A stretch of 32,000 nucleotides of DNA from assembly GCA_001790095.1 (NCBI GenBank), contig MGBH01000001.1, forward strand, positions 240,001 to 272,000, written 5' to 3'. The notes beneath the pieces are model-generated. The model saw only the letters and a list, made by a program, of their open reading frames with translations, was not told the DNA's origin and did no database searches. The position numbers and the translations under genes were made by a program. This stretch comes from Candidatus Saccharimonadota bacterium (GTDB lineage Bacteria; Patescibacteriota; Microgenomatia; UBA1406; GWC2-37-13). Numbering within the stretch: position 1 is the stretch's first letter; each line of letters starts with the position of its first letter. Below, in pieces: positions 9,343-16,683 of this stretch.

Positions 9343-11771
9343 TGAATGTCCATTTACCTTTGATTTATCCTATAATACGTGGTAAAATATATCCTATGTT
9401 CCTAGGTGAAAAAAACGGATTTAGATTATTCTATCAAAGACTTCTAAACTTTATCTTTTACATCACTTATCTTTTTGTGCAGTTTTTTATTTCCATTGGA
9501 GAAATTTGTCAAAAAATTATTTTATTACCTTATCATATCCTCCTAACATTTAATCAAGCTATATCTTTTACTAAATCTCCAAAAGTAGAAAGGAAGCCTA
9601 CATTTGAAGAAAGTGTGGAAAATCCTTCAAATAAAAGAAGGAAATTAAGATCAATATTAAACGTTTTGCGCATTGGAATAATTTATATATTTAGAGGACT
9701 TTTTTTTATTGTTAAGGCGCTTCTTATTTTTATATATCACACTATCCAACGAATAGTGTCTGGAATAATATGGTTGGTATTGTTACCTTATCGTATTTTT
9801 ATAGCACTTTTTTCAGTAGAGTTTCGTTTTTTTATTTTGGGTTTTTTTATCTGCTTTATTGTGGTTATCCTGTTTCAGGCTTACTATTTTATAGTTGCGT
9901 TGCCTTCTCCAAAAGCTATTGGGACTGTGAACTTTGCCCAATCGACACATCTTTACGATCGTAATGGTAAACCATTATATGAAATCTATCGAGATCAAAA
10001 CAGAACACCAATTAATCTTGGAGAACTACCAGAATATGTCAAACAAGCGACCATCGCTATAGAGGATAAGGATTATTTTAAACATAACGGGGTTTCACTT
10101 TCAAGCGGTATACTACGCGCACTCAGAGAAACCGTCATGACAAAATCCCTTCAGGGAGGGTCAACAATCACACAGCAGCTGGTAAAAAGCGCTCTTTTAA
10201 CACCAGAGCGAACTATTCAAAGAAAAATAAAGGAAATCATTCTGGCTCTTTGGACAGAAAAATTATTTACAAAAGAACAGATACTTCAAATGTATTTAAA
10301 TCAAGTCCCTTATGGTGGTTCATCATATGGGATAGAGGAGGCCTCTAGAACCTATTTTGGAAAAGGAGCGCAAGAACTTACTCTCGATGAAGCAGCGCTT
10401 CTTGCCGGACTTCCTCAGTCTCCCTCAATCTATTCGCCTTACGTTAATCCAAATCTTGCGATAGCTCGGCGAAACGAAGTATTAAAAAAAATGAAAGAGC
10501 AGGGATATATAGACAACGAAACAAGGAAGGAAGCTCAAAATTCACAGTTGCAGATCGTTCCTTTAACAACGAATATAAAAGCTCCTCATTTTGTTTTTTT
10601 TACGAAATCAAACCTTGAAGAAAAATACGGAGAGCGTATGGTGTCTGAAGGAGGGCTAAATGTCATTACTTCTCTAGATCTTGAGATCCAGGAAGAAGCT
10701 GAGCGCATACTTGTTGAAGAGCTTGAAAAGATAAGAAATCTTAATGTAACTAACGGTGCGATCCTCATCACCAAACCCACAACAGGAGAGATCTTAGCGA
10801 TGGTTGGCTCAGCAGATTATTTTGCAGCCCCCTCAGGTGCTTTTAATGTAACAACTGCTATGCGACAACCCGGATCATCCATAAAGCCCCTTATGTATTC
10901 TCTTGCTCTTGAAAAGGGATTTACTGCGGCCAGCATACTGGATGACTCGCCAGTGTCTTTTAGTATTCCGGGAAGTAGCGCTTATCAACCTGTAAATTAT
11001 GACGGAAAATTTCATGGTAAAGTGCCCCTTCGTTATGCACTGGCAAACTCCTTCAATATTACAGCTGTTCGAGCATTGAATGCAATTGGAGTGGATGCTT
11101 TTGTCACCCACGCCAAAAAAATGGGCATAAGCACATGGAATGATTCCTCTCGTTTTGGTTTATCATTGACTTTAGGGGGAGGAGAGGTCCATATGACCGA
11201 TATGGCAACAGCCTTCGGTGTATTTGCAAATGGAGGAAGTAGGGTAGACGTAAGTGATGTTTTGCGGATTCAGGACACAAAAGAAAGGTTACTTTATGAA
11301 TTGCAGCCGACAAAAAAGAAAGTGATAAGCGAGGGAACGGCCTATATTATGTCAGATATACTGTCAGATAATTTTGCACGCAGATGGGCTTTTGGTACAA
11401 ACAGCGCTCTTGAAATACCAGGATATAAAGTGGCGGTAAAAACAGGAACAACCGATGAGAAAAAAGACAACTGGACAATCGGGTATACTCCTGAGTTTTT
11501 AGTTGTCGTATGGGTTGGTAACAACGACAACACCCCCATGAATCCGTATTTGACATCAGGCATAACAGGAGCTGCTCCTATTTGGAACCGTGTAATGAAA
11601 TATATGTTGACGAAATACGGGAGCAATACGTGGTTTCAAAAACCAGAAGACATCACAGAGAAAATGTGTTATTTTGGCAAGACCGAGTATTTTTTGAAAG
11701 ACACCGAAAACAAAACCTCTTGTCGTGATTCACTTTTTGGAATCACTCCTACACCCAAGAAGTCGCCTTAA
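9342..11771 (+). CDS. Class A penicillin-binding protein (PBP1A-type glycosyltransferase/transpeptidase) with long multi-helix N-terminal extension
   Basis: GT51 motifs IAIEDKDYFKHNGV and GGSTITQQLVK. Transpeptidase motifs SxxK (GSSIKP), SFN and KTGTT. The ATG overlaps the sortase stop (TAATG). Confidence 0.9.
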   Translation: MNVHLPLIYPIIRGKIYPMFLGEKNGFRLFYQRLLNFIFYITYLFVQFFISIGEICQKIILLPYHILLTFNQAISFTKSPKVERKPTFEESVENPSNKRRKLRSILNVLRIGIIYIFRGLFFIVKALLIFIYHTIQRIVSGIIWLVLLPYRIFIALFSVEFRFFILGFFICFIVVILFQAYYFIVALPSPKAIGTVNFAQSTHLYDRNGKPLYEIYRDQNRTPINLGELPEYVKQATIAIEDKDYFKHNGVSLSSGILRALRETVMTKSLQGGSTITQQLVKSALLTPERTIQRKIKEIILALWTEKLFTKEQILQMYLNQVPYGGSSYGIEEASRTYFGKGAQELTLDEAALLAGLPQSPSIYSPYVNPNLAIARRNEVLKKMKEQGYIDNETRKEAQNSQLQIVPLTTNIKAPHFVFFTKSNLEEKYGERMVSEGGLNVITSLDLEIQEEAERILVEELEKIRNLNVTNGAILITKPTTGEILAMVGSADYFAAPSGAFNVTTAMRQPGSSIKPLMYSLALEKGFTAASILDDSPVSFSIPGSSAYQPVNYDGKFHGKVPLRYALANSFNITAVRALNAIGVDAFVTHAKKMGISTWNDSSRFGLSLTLGGGEVHMTDMATAFGVFANGGSRVDVSDVLRIQDTKERLLYELQPTKKKVISEGTAYIMSDILSDNFARRWAFGTNSALEIPGYKVAVKTGTTDEKKDNWTIGYTPEFLVVVWVGNNDNTPMNPYLTSGITGAAPIWNRVMKYMLTKYGSNTWFQKPEDITEKMCYFGKTEYFLKDTENKTSCRDSLFGITPTPKKSP

Positions 11772-11778
11772 GACGGGT

Positions 11779-12849
11779 TTATACGTCTAACAAAAAGCGT
11801 TTAAGCGATATATAATACTCTTTCAGGCTGTTTATGTCTACCCATTCGCAATCAGTGTGAAGACCATAACCAGTTGGACCAAACTCTACTCCATCACAAC
11901 CAACTCTATTAAAATGCCTTATATCTGAGGCTCCGTAGCCAGCGATGATGGATGCTGATTTATTAATTGATTTTTTTACTGCGTTTTGCAATTTTTTTAG
12001 ATAAACATTGTTTTTACTTGTAAACTGAGCTGGTTCTTTTACTTTGATGTCAAGTTGGACATAAGAAGGGAGAGTTTTTTTTAACAGACTAACGATTGTT
12101 TCCGTATCTTTGGGAATATAACGGATGTCAATCCCCACTGTACAATCATCTGCTACTTTATTGTATGTTTGGTTGGATGAATTTATCGTTGATAAATTTA
12201 GTGTTGTTTTCCAAATGGGTTTTTGAGGTTCTGGAAATTTTTTTGCAAGTTGATTAAGCGCTTGATTCATCATACGGATTGCATTTGACCCCTGCCACAG
12301 ATAGGCAGCGTGTGCCGTCTTTCCTTTGATGGAAAGATTTGCCCACAGCACTCCCTTTGCTTCATTTTTCACCTTGAGGTCGGTTCCTTCACCTGCAATT
12401 GCAAACTCTGCACGGACTCCCTCATCAGCTTGATATTTTGCACCATTGAAGCCGCCAATCTCTTCATCTGTCACCAGTTGAAGCGCAAGAGGATAATTGA
12501 CTTTTTGAGCAACTTCTTTAAATACGAGAAGTTCAACTGCAGCTGCAGCCTTCATGTCAAAGGCCCCTCTAGCATACAACCTCCCATCTTTTTCAACAGA
12601 AGCGTATTGTTCTTTATTACCCGGTACAACATCAAGATGAGCATCAAGGATGATTTTAAAGTTACGAAGTTTTTTGTTTTCTTTGTAAACCAAGATGCTA
12701 GGTATTCCATCCTTCTCAAATTCTTCAATATGAAAGCCTGAGAGCTCTCCTTTTGCGATGTCCAGAACCTCATGAAGAGCTTTATTATTTTCCTTGATAG
12801 ACGGGATTGAAATAAATTGTTTAGTTAGAGAAAGAATTTTGGTTAACAT
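11779..12849 (-). CDS. M20-family metallopeptidase/deacylase (ArgE/DapE/LysK-like)
   Basis: DAHLDVVPG, GAFDMKAAAA and VTDEEIGG motifs, with M20 length and layout. Sits 21 nt downstream of the HTH gene and may belong to the same transcript. Confidence 0.8.
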   Translation of the reverse strand: MLTKILSLTKQFISIPSIKENNKALHEVLDIAKGELSGFHIEEFEKDGIPSILVYKENKKLRNFKIILDAHLDVVPGNKEQYASVEKDGRLYARGAFDMKAAAAVELLVFKEVAQKVNYPLALQLVTDEEIGGFNGAKYQADEGVRAEFAIAGEGTDLKVKNEAKGVLWANLSIKGKTAHAAYLWQGSNAIRMMNQALNQLAKKFPEPQKPIWKTTLNLSTINSSNQTYNKVADDCTVGIDIRYIPKDTETIVSLLKKTLPSYVQLDIKVKEPAQFTSKNNVYLKKLQNAVKKSINKSASIIAGYGASDIRHFNRVGCDGVEFGPTGYGLHTDCEWVDINSLKEYYISLKRFLLDV

Positions 12850-12870
12850 AGGGATATTATAATGTATATA

Positions 12871-13341
12871 TTATTTTTTGAATTTGTAAATCAGTATTTG
12901 CGACCGTCTTAAACTTCTCTCTCCTTGATTACGCAACTGTCTAATATATTCTGTACTTGTTTTGAATGAAAGAAAAGAAGCGACCTGTTTAAGTGTTCTT
13001 CCATATGTTTCAGGATTATCAAGCGAATATGATACTCTAATAACTTCTTGCAACTTTGGTTTAATTAAACCAATTGCATTTTCTAATGATAGAACCAGAG
13101 AATAAAGTTCACTTGCATCATTTAATGAAATGGCAAGGGTCCTTCGATTAATAAGAGGTATTTCTATTTCATATTCAGCACTTGGGAAAAATGGCCTTTG
13201 AAAAAGAATTACAGCCAAAGTAAGTCCAAGATATCCTATATGTTGTTCAACAGTGGGTAGTATATCTTGTGGAATACTTTTTTCAGTAATTGATTCTAAC
13301 CGCCTGATAAGATTATTTTTTGCTTCTGGATGAGTAGCCAT
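12871..13341 (-). CDS. Small protein with C-terminal sigma-70 region-4-like helix-turn-helix
   Basis: The C-terminus LQEVIRVSYSLDNPETYGRTLKQVASFLSFKTSTEYIRQLRNQGERSLRR resembles a region 4.2 HTH. The start is 1 nt after the stop of the upstream GNAT gene (TAGTATG), which implies coupling. Confidence 0.5.
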   Translation of the reverse strand: MATHPEAKNNLIRRLESITEKSIPQDILPTVEQHIGYLGLTLAVILFQRPFFPSAEYEIEIPLINRRTLAISLNDASELYSLVLSLENAIGLIKPKLQEVIRVSYSLDNPETYGRTLKQVASFLSFKTSTEYIRQLRNQGERSLRRSQILIYKFKK

Positions 13342-13342
13342 A

Positions 13343-14449
13343 CTAATTATTCAATACATTTGCTCTTAGATTTGTAACAAACTCCTCAAGCTGTCTACGC
13401 ACAGTTTCATCAAGTCGTATATGATGAAGGCATTGATCATAGTCATTCATTGTTTTTCGAAAACCGACTTGCCATTCAGGTGCTTTTTTTTCACTTACCT
13501 GCCAGGGTCGAACCATTGCAGGTATAAGACTATCTTCTGACATCAATAGAACACGTTTACCATCATGAACGTTTTCATAACCAGTAACGATCTGTAGGCC
13601 AATTGCTTCAGATAATCTGAGGACATATTCCAAATCTTCTTTTGAGGTTAGTTCATTTGTCTCCAAAAAGCCTGATGCATCAGGTTTGATGATTGTCATC
13701 TTTATATTACCATGCGAAATAATGGTAACATCTTGTTCATCATATAACACCTGAAATCCGTTTTGTGCTTCGCTTAACATACCATATATTTTTTCTCTTA
13801 CCTTTTGTGCTGAAGGCAGTCTTGTGGTGGCGACTTCTCTGTTTTTTTCTTCTGGGTTATGTTGGGCTTTTTCCATATTTTCAATCAATTTTTCGGCTAG
13901 TAAGGGTGGCCATTTTCTTAGTCCTTCATATAAAGACTCAGAGGGTATTTCAAGACTGGTCATATGTACCATACTTTCACGTGCTGGACCAACGGGTTTA
14001 TCATCGCCATCTCTATGGTCAAATACTACGTGTTTTCCAGTTTCAATTGAAACGGCTTTTAAACCTGCTCCAAGGCTTGATCTTTGCATACCAATCTGAT
14101 CTGCCCGTGTATCAGTATAAGGATGTGCGTGACGTTTTTCAGCCTCTTGTGCTAAATGAATAGTCATATCTTTTGCCAGTCCATTTTTCCGATAGTCAGG
14201 ATCGACGATAACCCGTTTTATCTCAGCCATTAATCCATCAACTCCTAATACTGCGGTTCCGATAATCCTTTGCAGGTCAGGTTGAAGTAAAGCAATAATC
14301 CTTATTTCACCTTTTGCAATATTACCAGCCAATGATATAGGATCATAAACACTCTCGAATGGATATCCTTTAAAACCTCTTTGGGCGAGTGAAGCCAAAC
14401 CTGTTGCGTCTTTGGGTTGTGCGTTTTGTATTTTATACTCGATACTCAT
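13343..14449 (-). CDS. GNAT-family acyl-CoA N-acyltransferase domain fused to ~200-aa C-terminal domain of unknown family
   Basis: The N-terminal ~160 aa have GNAT layout with acetyl-CoA motif A (RVIVDPDYRKNGLAKDM = R-x-x-G-x-A). I recognise nothing in the C-terminal half. It could be a second, degenerate GNAT fold. Confidence 0.65.
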   Translation of the reverse strand: MSIEYKIQNAQPKDATGLASLAQRGFKGYPFESVYDPISLAGNIAKGEIRIIALLQPDLQRIIGTAVLGVDGLMAEIKRVIVDPDYRKNGLAKDMTIHLAQEAEKRHAHPYTDTRADQIGMQRSSLGAGLKAVSIETGKHVVFDHRDGDDKPVGPARESMVHMTSLEIPSESLYEGLRKWPPLLAEKLIENMEKAQHNPEEKNREVATTRLPSAQKVREKIYGMLSEAQNGFQVLYDEQDVTIISHGNIKMTIIKPDASGFLETNELTSKEDLEYVLRLSEAIGLQIVTGYENVHDGKRVLLMSEDSLIPAMVRPWQVSEKKAPEWQVGFRKTMNDYDQCLHHIRLDETVRRQLEEFVTNLRANVLNN

Positions 14450-14471
14450 AAGTTAAGAAATAATGTTTGTT

Positions 14472-14492
14472 TATAACTAAAAAGCCCGCCTT
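14472..14492. repeat. 21-nt exact direct repeat, copy 1 (TATAACTAAAAAGCCCGCCTT)
   Basis: Identical to 16555-16575. Both copies continue into the same GGCGGG stem with different loops. A related copy (ATAACTAAAAAACCCCGC) is at 16438-16455. Confidence 0.9.
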
Positions 14493-14501
14493 GCGGCGGG
14501 T
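14476..14501 (-). terminator. GC-rich hairpin + T-tract (intrinsic terminator-like) 27 nt upstream of the GNAT gene start
   Basis: Stem CCCGCC/GGCGGG (14485-14490 / 14495-14500), loop TTGC. On the minus strand it is followed by CTTTTTAG. Confidence 0.6.
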
Positions 14502-14524
14502 ATATTTTGATTTACTATTAATCT

Positions 14525-14596
14525 TTATGCATCAAAAACCCCGCCCAAGATCGGGCTCATAAAGTAGAAGAAGTAACTATTTCTTTGGGGTAACAT
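14525..14596 (-). CDS. Speculative 23-aa micro-ORF (MLPQRNSYFFYFMSPILGGVFDA); may instead be a non-coding leader
   Basis: The ATG lies 6 nt downstream of a TGnTATAAT extended -10, which is leaderless geometry. The 3' half overlaps a weak hairpin. No Shine-Dalgarno sequence. Confidence 0.2.
   Translation of the reverse strand: MLPQRNSYFFYFMSPILGGVFDA
14534..14557 (-). terminator. Weak hairpin + T-tract
   Basis: The minus strand reads GCCC-GATCTT-GGGC followed by GGGGTTTTTGA. The stem is only 4 bp. Confidence 0.3.
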
Positions 14597-14602
14597 GAAG
14601 AT

Positions 14603-14630
14603 ATTATACATTATCAATACCATTTTTCAA
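14603..14630 (-). promoter_or_regulatory. Sigma-70-type promoter with extended -10, internal to the cassette
   Basis: The minus strand reads TTGAAA (14630-14625), 16 nt, TGtTATAAT (-10 at 14608-14603). It lies in the 218-nt gap between the ligase and GNAT genes. Confidence 0.55.
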
Positions 14631-14667
14631 TCACTATTTATTTTTTTTAGTAAACATAATCTTATTT

Positions 14668-16434
14668 TTAGGCAAATAAAGCTTTAATATTTCCATTGAG
14701 ACCTGCTAAGAATGTATGGTATGCACTGCCTAAATTATCCATACAGTCTTTGATTGCATCTTCTTCAGACATTCCTCTTTTTTCAATCAAATCCCTTGCT
14801 CTTTGTTTTAACCAATGCGATAAAGTACCGATACCGCTTTTATAGAATCCATCGATTGATACAACACCGTCAGGTTCTCTATAATTCTGAAAAGATTGTT
14901 GATTTGGTACCTGAGCGCTTTTCATTAATTCATGCATAATACCTTGAGGTAATCCTTGATATTCGACTTCCTGTCCGAAGTCATGTATAGGTTCATTGAC
15001 AAAAAGAAGCAGCTGATTAAATAATTCTCCTGCGGTTGCCTGTTGATCATCTGCTGTCTGCAACACTGCGTCAACGCCTCTCTTTGCAACCTCAATACTA
15101 TTTATATGAGCTAATCGTAATATATTTTCTGTTATTTGAGGAGGAAATAACTGCGGGTACTCATGGGACAGTTGTTCCATTTTCCCAGCTTTAGCATATA
15201 GTTGTAATTTCCACATTAAAACTCTTGTAAATTCTTGTATCGCAGCAAGCTTGAGTACATTTCCTCCAAAAGTATCCATATTTGAAATTTCAAGAGTACC
15301 ATTTGGTCCAATATCTACTCGAATACGATCAGTATGGTGACCGCCGGCCCTTGCGGGAGATGGTATGTTTTCAGGTGAATGAGGATCATTATTTTTTAAC
15401 CCAGCCTCAGCAAGAGTAAAAAATTCACCTGCGTTTTCGGGTAAGGGCTTAACATATGACCCTCCTGAGGGTGATCCGCGCCACCTTGCTGGATATCTTA
15501 TAGACATCCAATCATCGTTATTTAACATATCATAGCTTTCTGTATCACTCACTCTTCTTGGACTTGACTCATCTTGGATATACATATCATGAAGATTTGG
15601 CTGAGTTGATCCATGAGCAAAAGGTCCAGCTAAAGATAGAGCATATAATAGCGGGGCTATTTGTTGGTACATATTCATAGCTTTTAATCCCGATTCAAGA
15701 TCTAACATCTCAACATGCACTTGAAACGAAGAGCCGATAAAATGTCTTACGTTTTCCCATCCCATAAACTCCATTGCAATTCTTTTCACATATGGGTCTT
15801 GGCTTGTATCTTTTGGTTCAAGCGGTCTGTGAGGAAAAGCGGAAATTGGAGTTAATCTCCATCCTTCTTTTTCCGCAGCTTTTGCCAAAGTTTTAAGTGA
15901 CCTTGCCATTGATAATGCAGCCTGGAAGGTGTGGGGGGTATGATGAAAGTTCATCTCTATACAGCTTGTCGCTAATTCGGCTGAGTAACCAATTTGTTTT
16001 TTGTCGGGATCAAGTTCTTCAAATATTGGATCTTCGGCTTCAAAATGTGCTCCATTATTTGCTTCTTCCAATGTATTTGGCACAGAGCTGTTAGGTGCCA
16101 TTACGGGTGCTTCTGTTTGATTGCCCGGATCCCACACATACATTTCAAATTCTCCACCCGTTTCAACCCCTTGTAGAGAAGCAGATGGTTTTGGTTCAGT
16201 AAAAACAGGTCGAATGTCTGATCCATGTAATTTCGTATCATTCTCCCTTGCTCGCCAAAAGGGACTTCTTATATACCCTGTGGGTAGACCATCTTTCCAA
16301 ATAAATCCTCCCTCAGTCTTAGGATCAAAATTGATATATTCTCCGTTGTCATCTAACAATCTACGAAATGCATCTTCACGAATCCCTTTGCTCGTCGTCA
16401 TAGCTTTATGATTTATCTTTTTTGCTTCTTTCAT
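14668..16434 (-). CDS. Enlarged GCS2/YbdK-type carboxylate-amine ligase (glutamate-cysteine-ligase family 2 fold)
   Basis: An ordered motif series matches my memory of E. coli YbdK: GVETGGEFEMYVWDP (GIELEMQVVNP), AELATSCIEM (ESMLELAT), SSFQVHVEM (GQHVHVG), ALSLAGPFAHG (ALSAASPYMQG), GTLEISNMDT (GTVEVRVMDT). At 588 aa against ~370 aa, it has a ~90-aa N-terminal extension and internal insertions. Confidence 0.65.
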   Translation of the reverse strand: MKEAKKINHKAMTTSKGIREDAFRRLLDDNGEYINFDPKTEGGFIWKDGLPTGYIRSPFWRARENDTKLHGSDIRPVFTEPKPSASLQGVETGGEFEMYVWDPGNQTEAPVMAPNSSVPNTLEEANNGAHFEAEDPIFEELDPDKKQIGYSAELATSCIEMNFHHTPHTFQAALSMARSLKTLAKAAEKEGWRLTPISAFPHRPLEPKDTSQDPYVKRIAMEFMGWENVRHFIGSSFQVHVEMLDLESGLKAMNMYQQIAPLLYALSLAGPFAHGSTQPNLHDMYIQDESSPRRVSDTESYDMLNNDDWMSIRYPARWRGSPSGGSYVKPLPENAGEFFTLAEAGLKNNDPHSPENIPSPARAGGHHTDRIRVDIGPNGTLEISNMDTFGGNVLKLAAIQEFTRVLMWKLQLYAKAGKMEQLSHEYPQLFPPQITENILRLAHINSIEVAKRGVDAVLQTADDQQATAGELFNQLLLFVNEPIHDFGQEVEYQGLPQGIMHELMKSAQVPNQQSFQNYREPDGVVSIDGFYKSGIGTLSHWLKQRARDLIEKRGMSEEDAIKDCMDNLGSAYHTFLAGLNGNIKALFA

Positions 16435-16442
16435 ATAATAAC

Positions 16443-16467
16443 TAAAAAACCCCGCATTTGGCGGGGT
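16443..16467 (-). terminator. GC-rich hairpin + T6 (intrinsic terminator-like) ending 8 nt before the ligase ATG
   Basis: Stem CCCCGC/GCGGGG (16450-16455 / 16461-16466), loop ATTTG. The minus strand continues TTTTTTAGTTATTAT then ATG at 16434. Confidence 0.6.
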
Positions 16468-16489
16468 TGTAATTATTAATTAATAAATA

Positions 16490-16555
16490 CTAACCCGCTA
16501 TATAGAGGGTAAGGATAATAATAACAAGAACTAAATTTAATACAGATTCTGTCAT
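16490..16555 (-). CDS. Speculative 21-aa hydrophobic micro-ORF (MTESVLNLVLVIIILTLYIAG)
   Basis: ATG to TAG ORF bracketed by two terminator-like hairpins. It encodes a single TM-helix-length hydrophobic core. No Shine-Dalgarno sequence. Confidence 0.3.
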   Translation of the reverse strand: MTESVLNLVLVIIILTLYIAG

Positions 16556-16575
16556 ATAACTAAAAAGCCCGCCTT
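16555..16575. repeat. 21-nt exact direct repeat, copy 2 (TATAACTAAAAAGCCCGCCTT)
   Basis: Identical to 14472-14492. Read directly from the sequence. Confidence 0.9.
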
Positions 16576-16587
16576 TTGAGGCGGGTT
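16561..16587 (-). terminator. GC-rich hairpin + T-tract (intrinsic terminator-like)
   Basis: Stem CCCGCC/GGCGGG (16568-16573 / 16580-16585), loop TTTTGA. The minus strand continues CTTTTTAGTTAT then the micro-ORF ATG. Confidence 0.6.
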
Positions 16588-16609
16588 TGTGTATCTTTCT
16601 ATACAACAA

Positions 16610-16672
16610 TTACTCCGCCCTTTTGGGGGTAATAAGTTGAATAAAAAGGACTGATAATGATTTGTGTACCAT
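16610..16672 (-). CDS. Speculative 20-aa micro-ORF (MVHKSLSVLFIQLITPKRAE), C-terminal Glu; may instead be a non-coding leader
   Basis: The ATG is 11 nt downstream of the -10 element of the promoter at 16684-16712, so it is nearly leaderless. It is followed by the hairpin at 16561-16587. Confidence 0.2.
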   Translation of the reverse strand: MVHKSLSVLFIQLITPKRAE

Positions 16673-16683
16673 GTTAGTCTACT

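Noticed and set aside
1828-11626. Short track ORFs nested in the helicase, SBP, 689-aa protein and PBP1A genes (1828-2037, 5003-5284, 5569-5790, 5663-5941, 7382-7639, 7763-7948, 9770-9964, 10586-10780, 10875-11111, 11104-11313, 11342-11626, 11347-11556)
   Set aside because: These are alternative-frame or antisense shadows of longer ORFs that carry clear family motifs.
12310-14163. Track ORFs 12310-12741 (+), 12552-12773 (-), 13765-14163 (+) and 13824-14099 (+)
   Set aside because: They are antisense or out-of-frame shadows of the M20 and GNAT genes. They have Cys/Phe/Leu-rich compositions typical of reverse-strand reads of AT-rich genes.
14473-14483. AACTAAAAA string next to a hairpin, reminiscent of the preQ1-I riboswitch tail
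   Set aside because: In preQ1-I the A-rich tail follows the hairpin on the sense strand. Here it precedes the hairpin on the plus strand, where no gene is served. On the gene-bearing minus strand it reads TTTTTAGTT, which is a terminator T-tract.
14754-16411. Plus-strand track ORFs 14754-14939, 15897-16094, 15994-16176 and 16121-16411
   Set aside because: All are nested antisense within the 588-aa ligase gene, have low-complexity or odd composition, and carry no motifs. The ligase frame carries a coherent family motif series.
12871-16434. Impression that the ligase/GNAT cassette is more GC-rich than its surroundings (horizontal transfer signal)
   Set aside because: By-eye counts on a few 60-nt lines gave similar values for the PBP1A gene, so I cannot support a compositional anomaly. 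A sliding-window GC and codon-usage calculation is needed.
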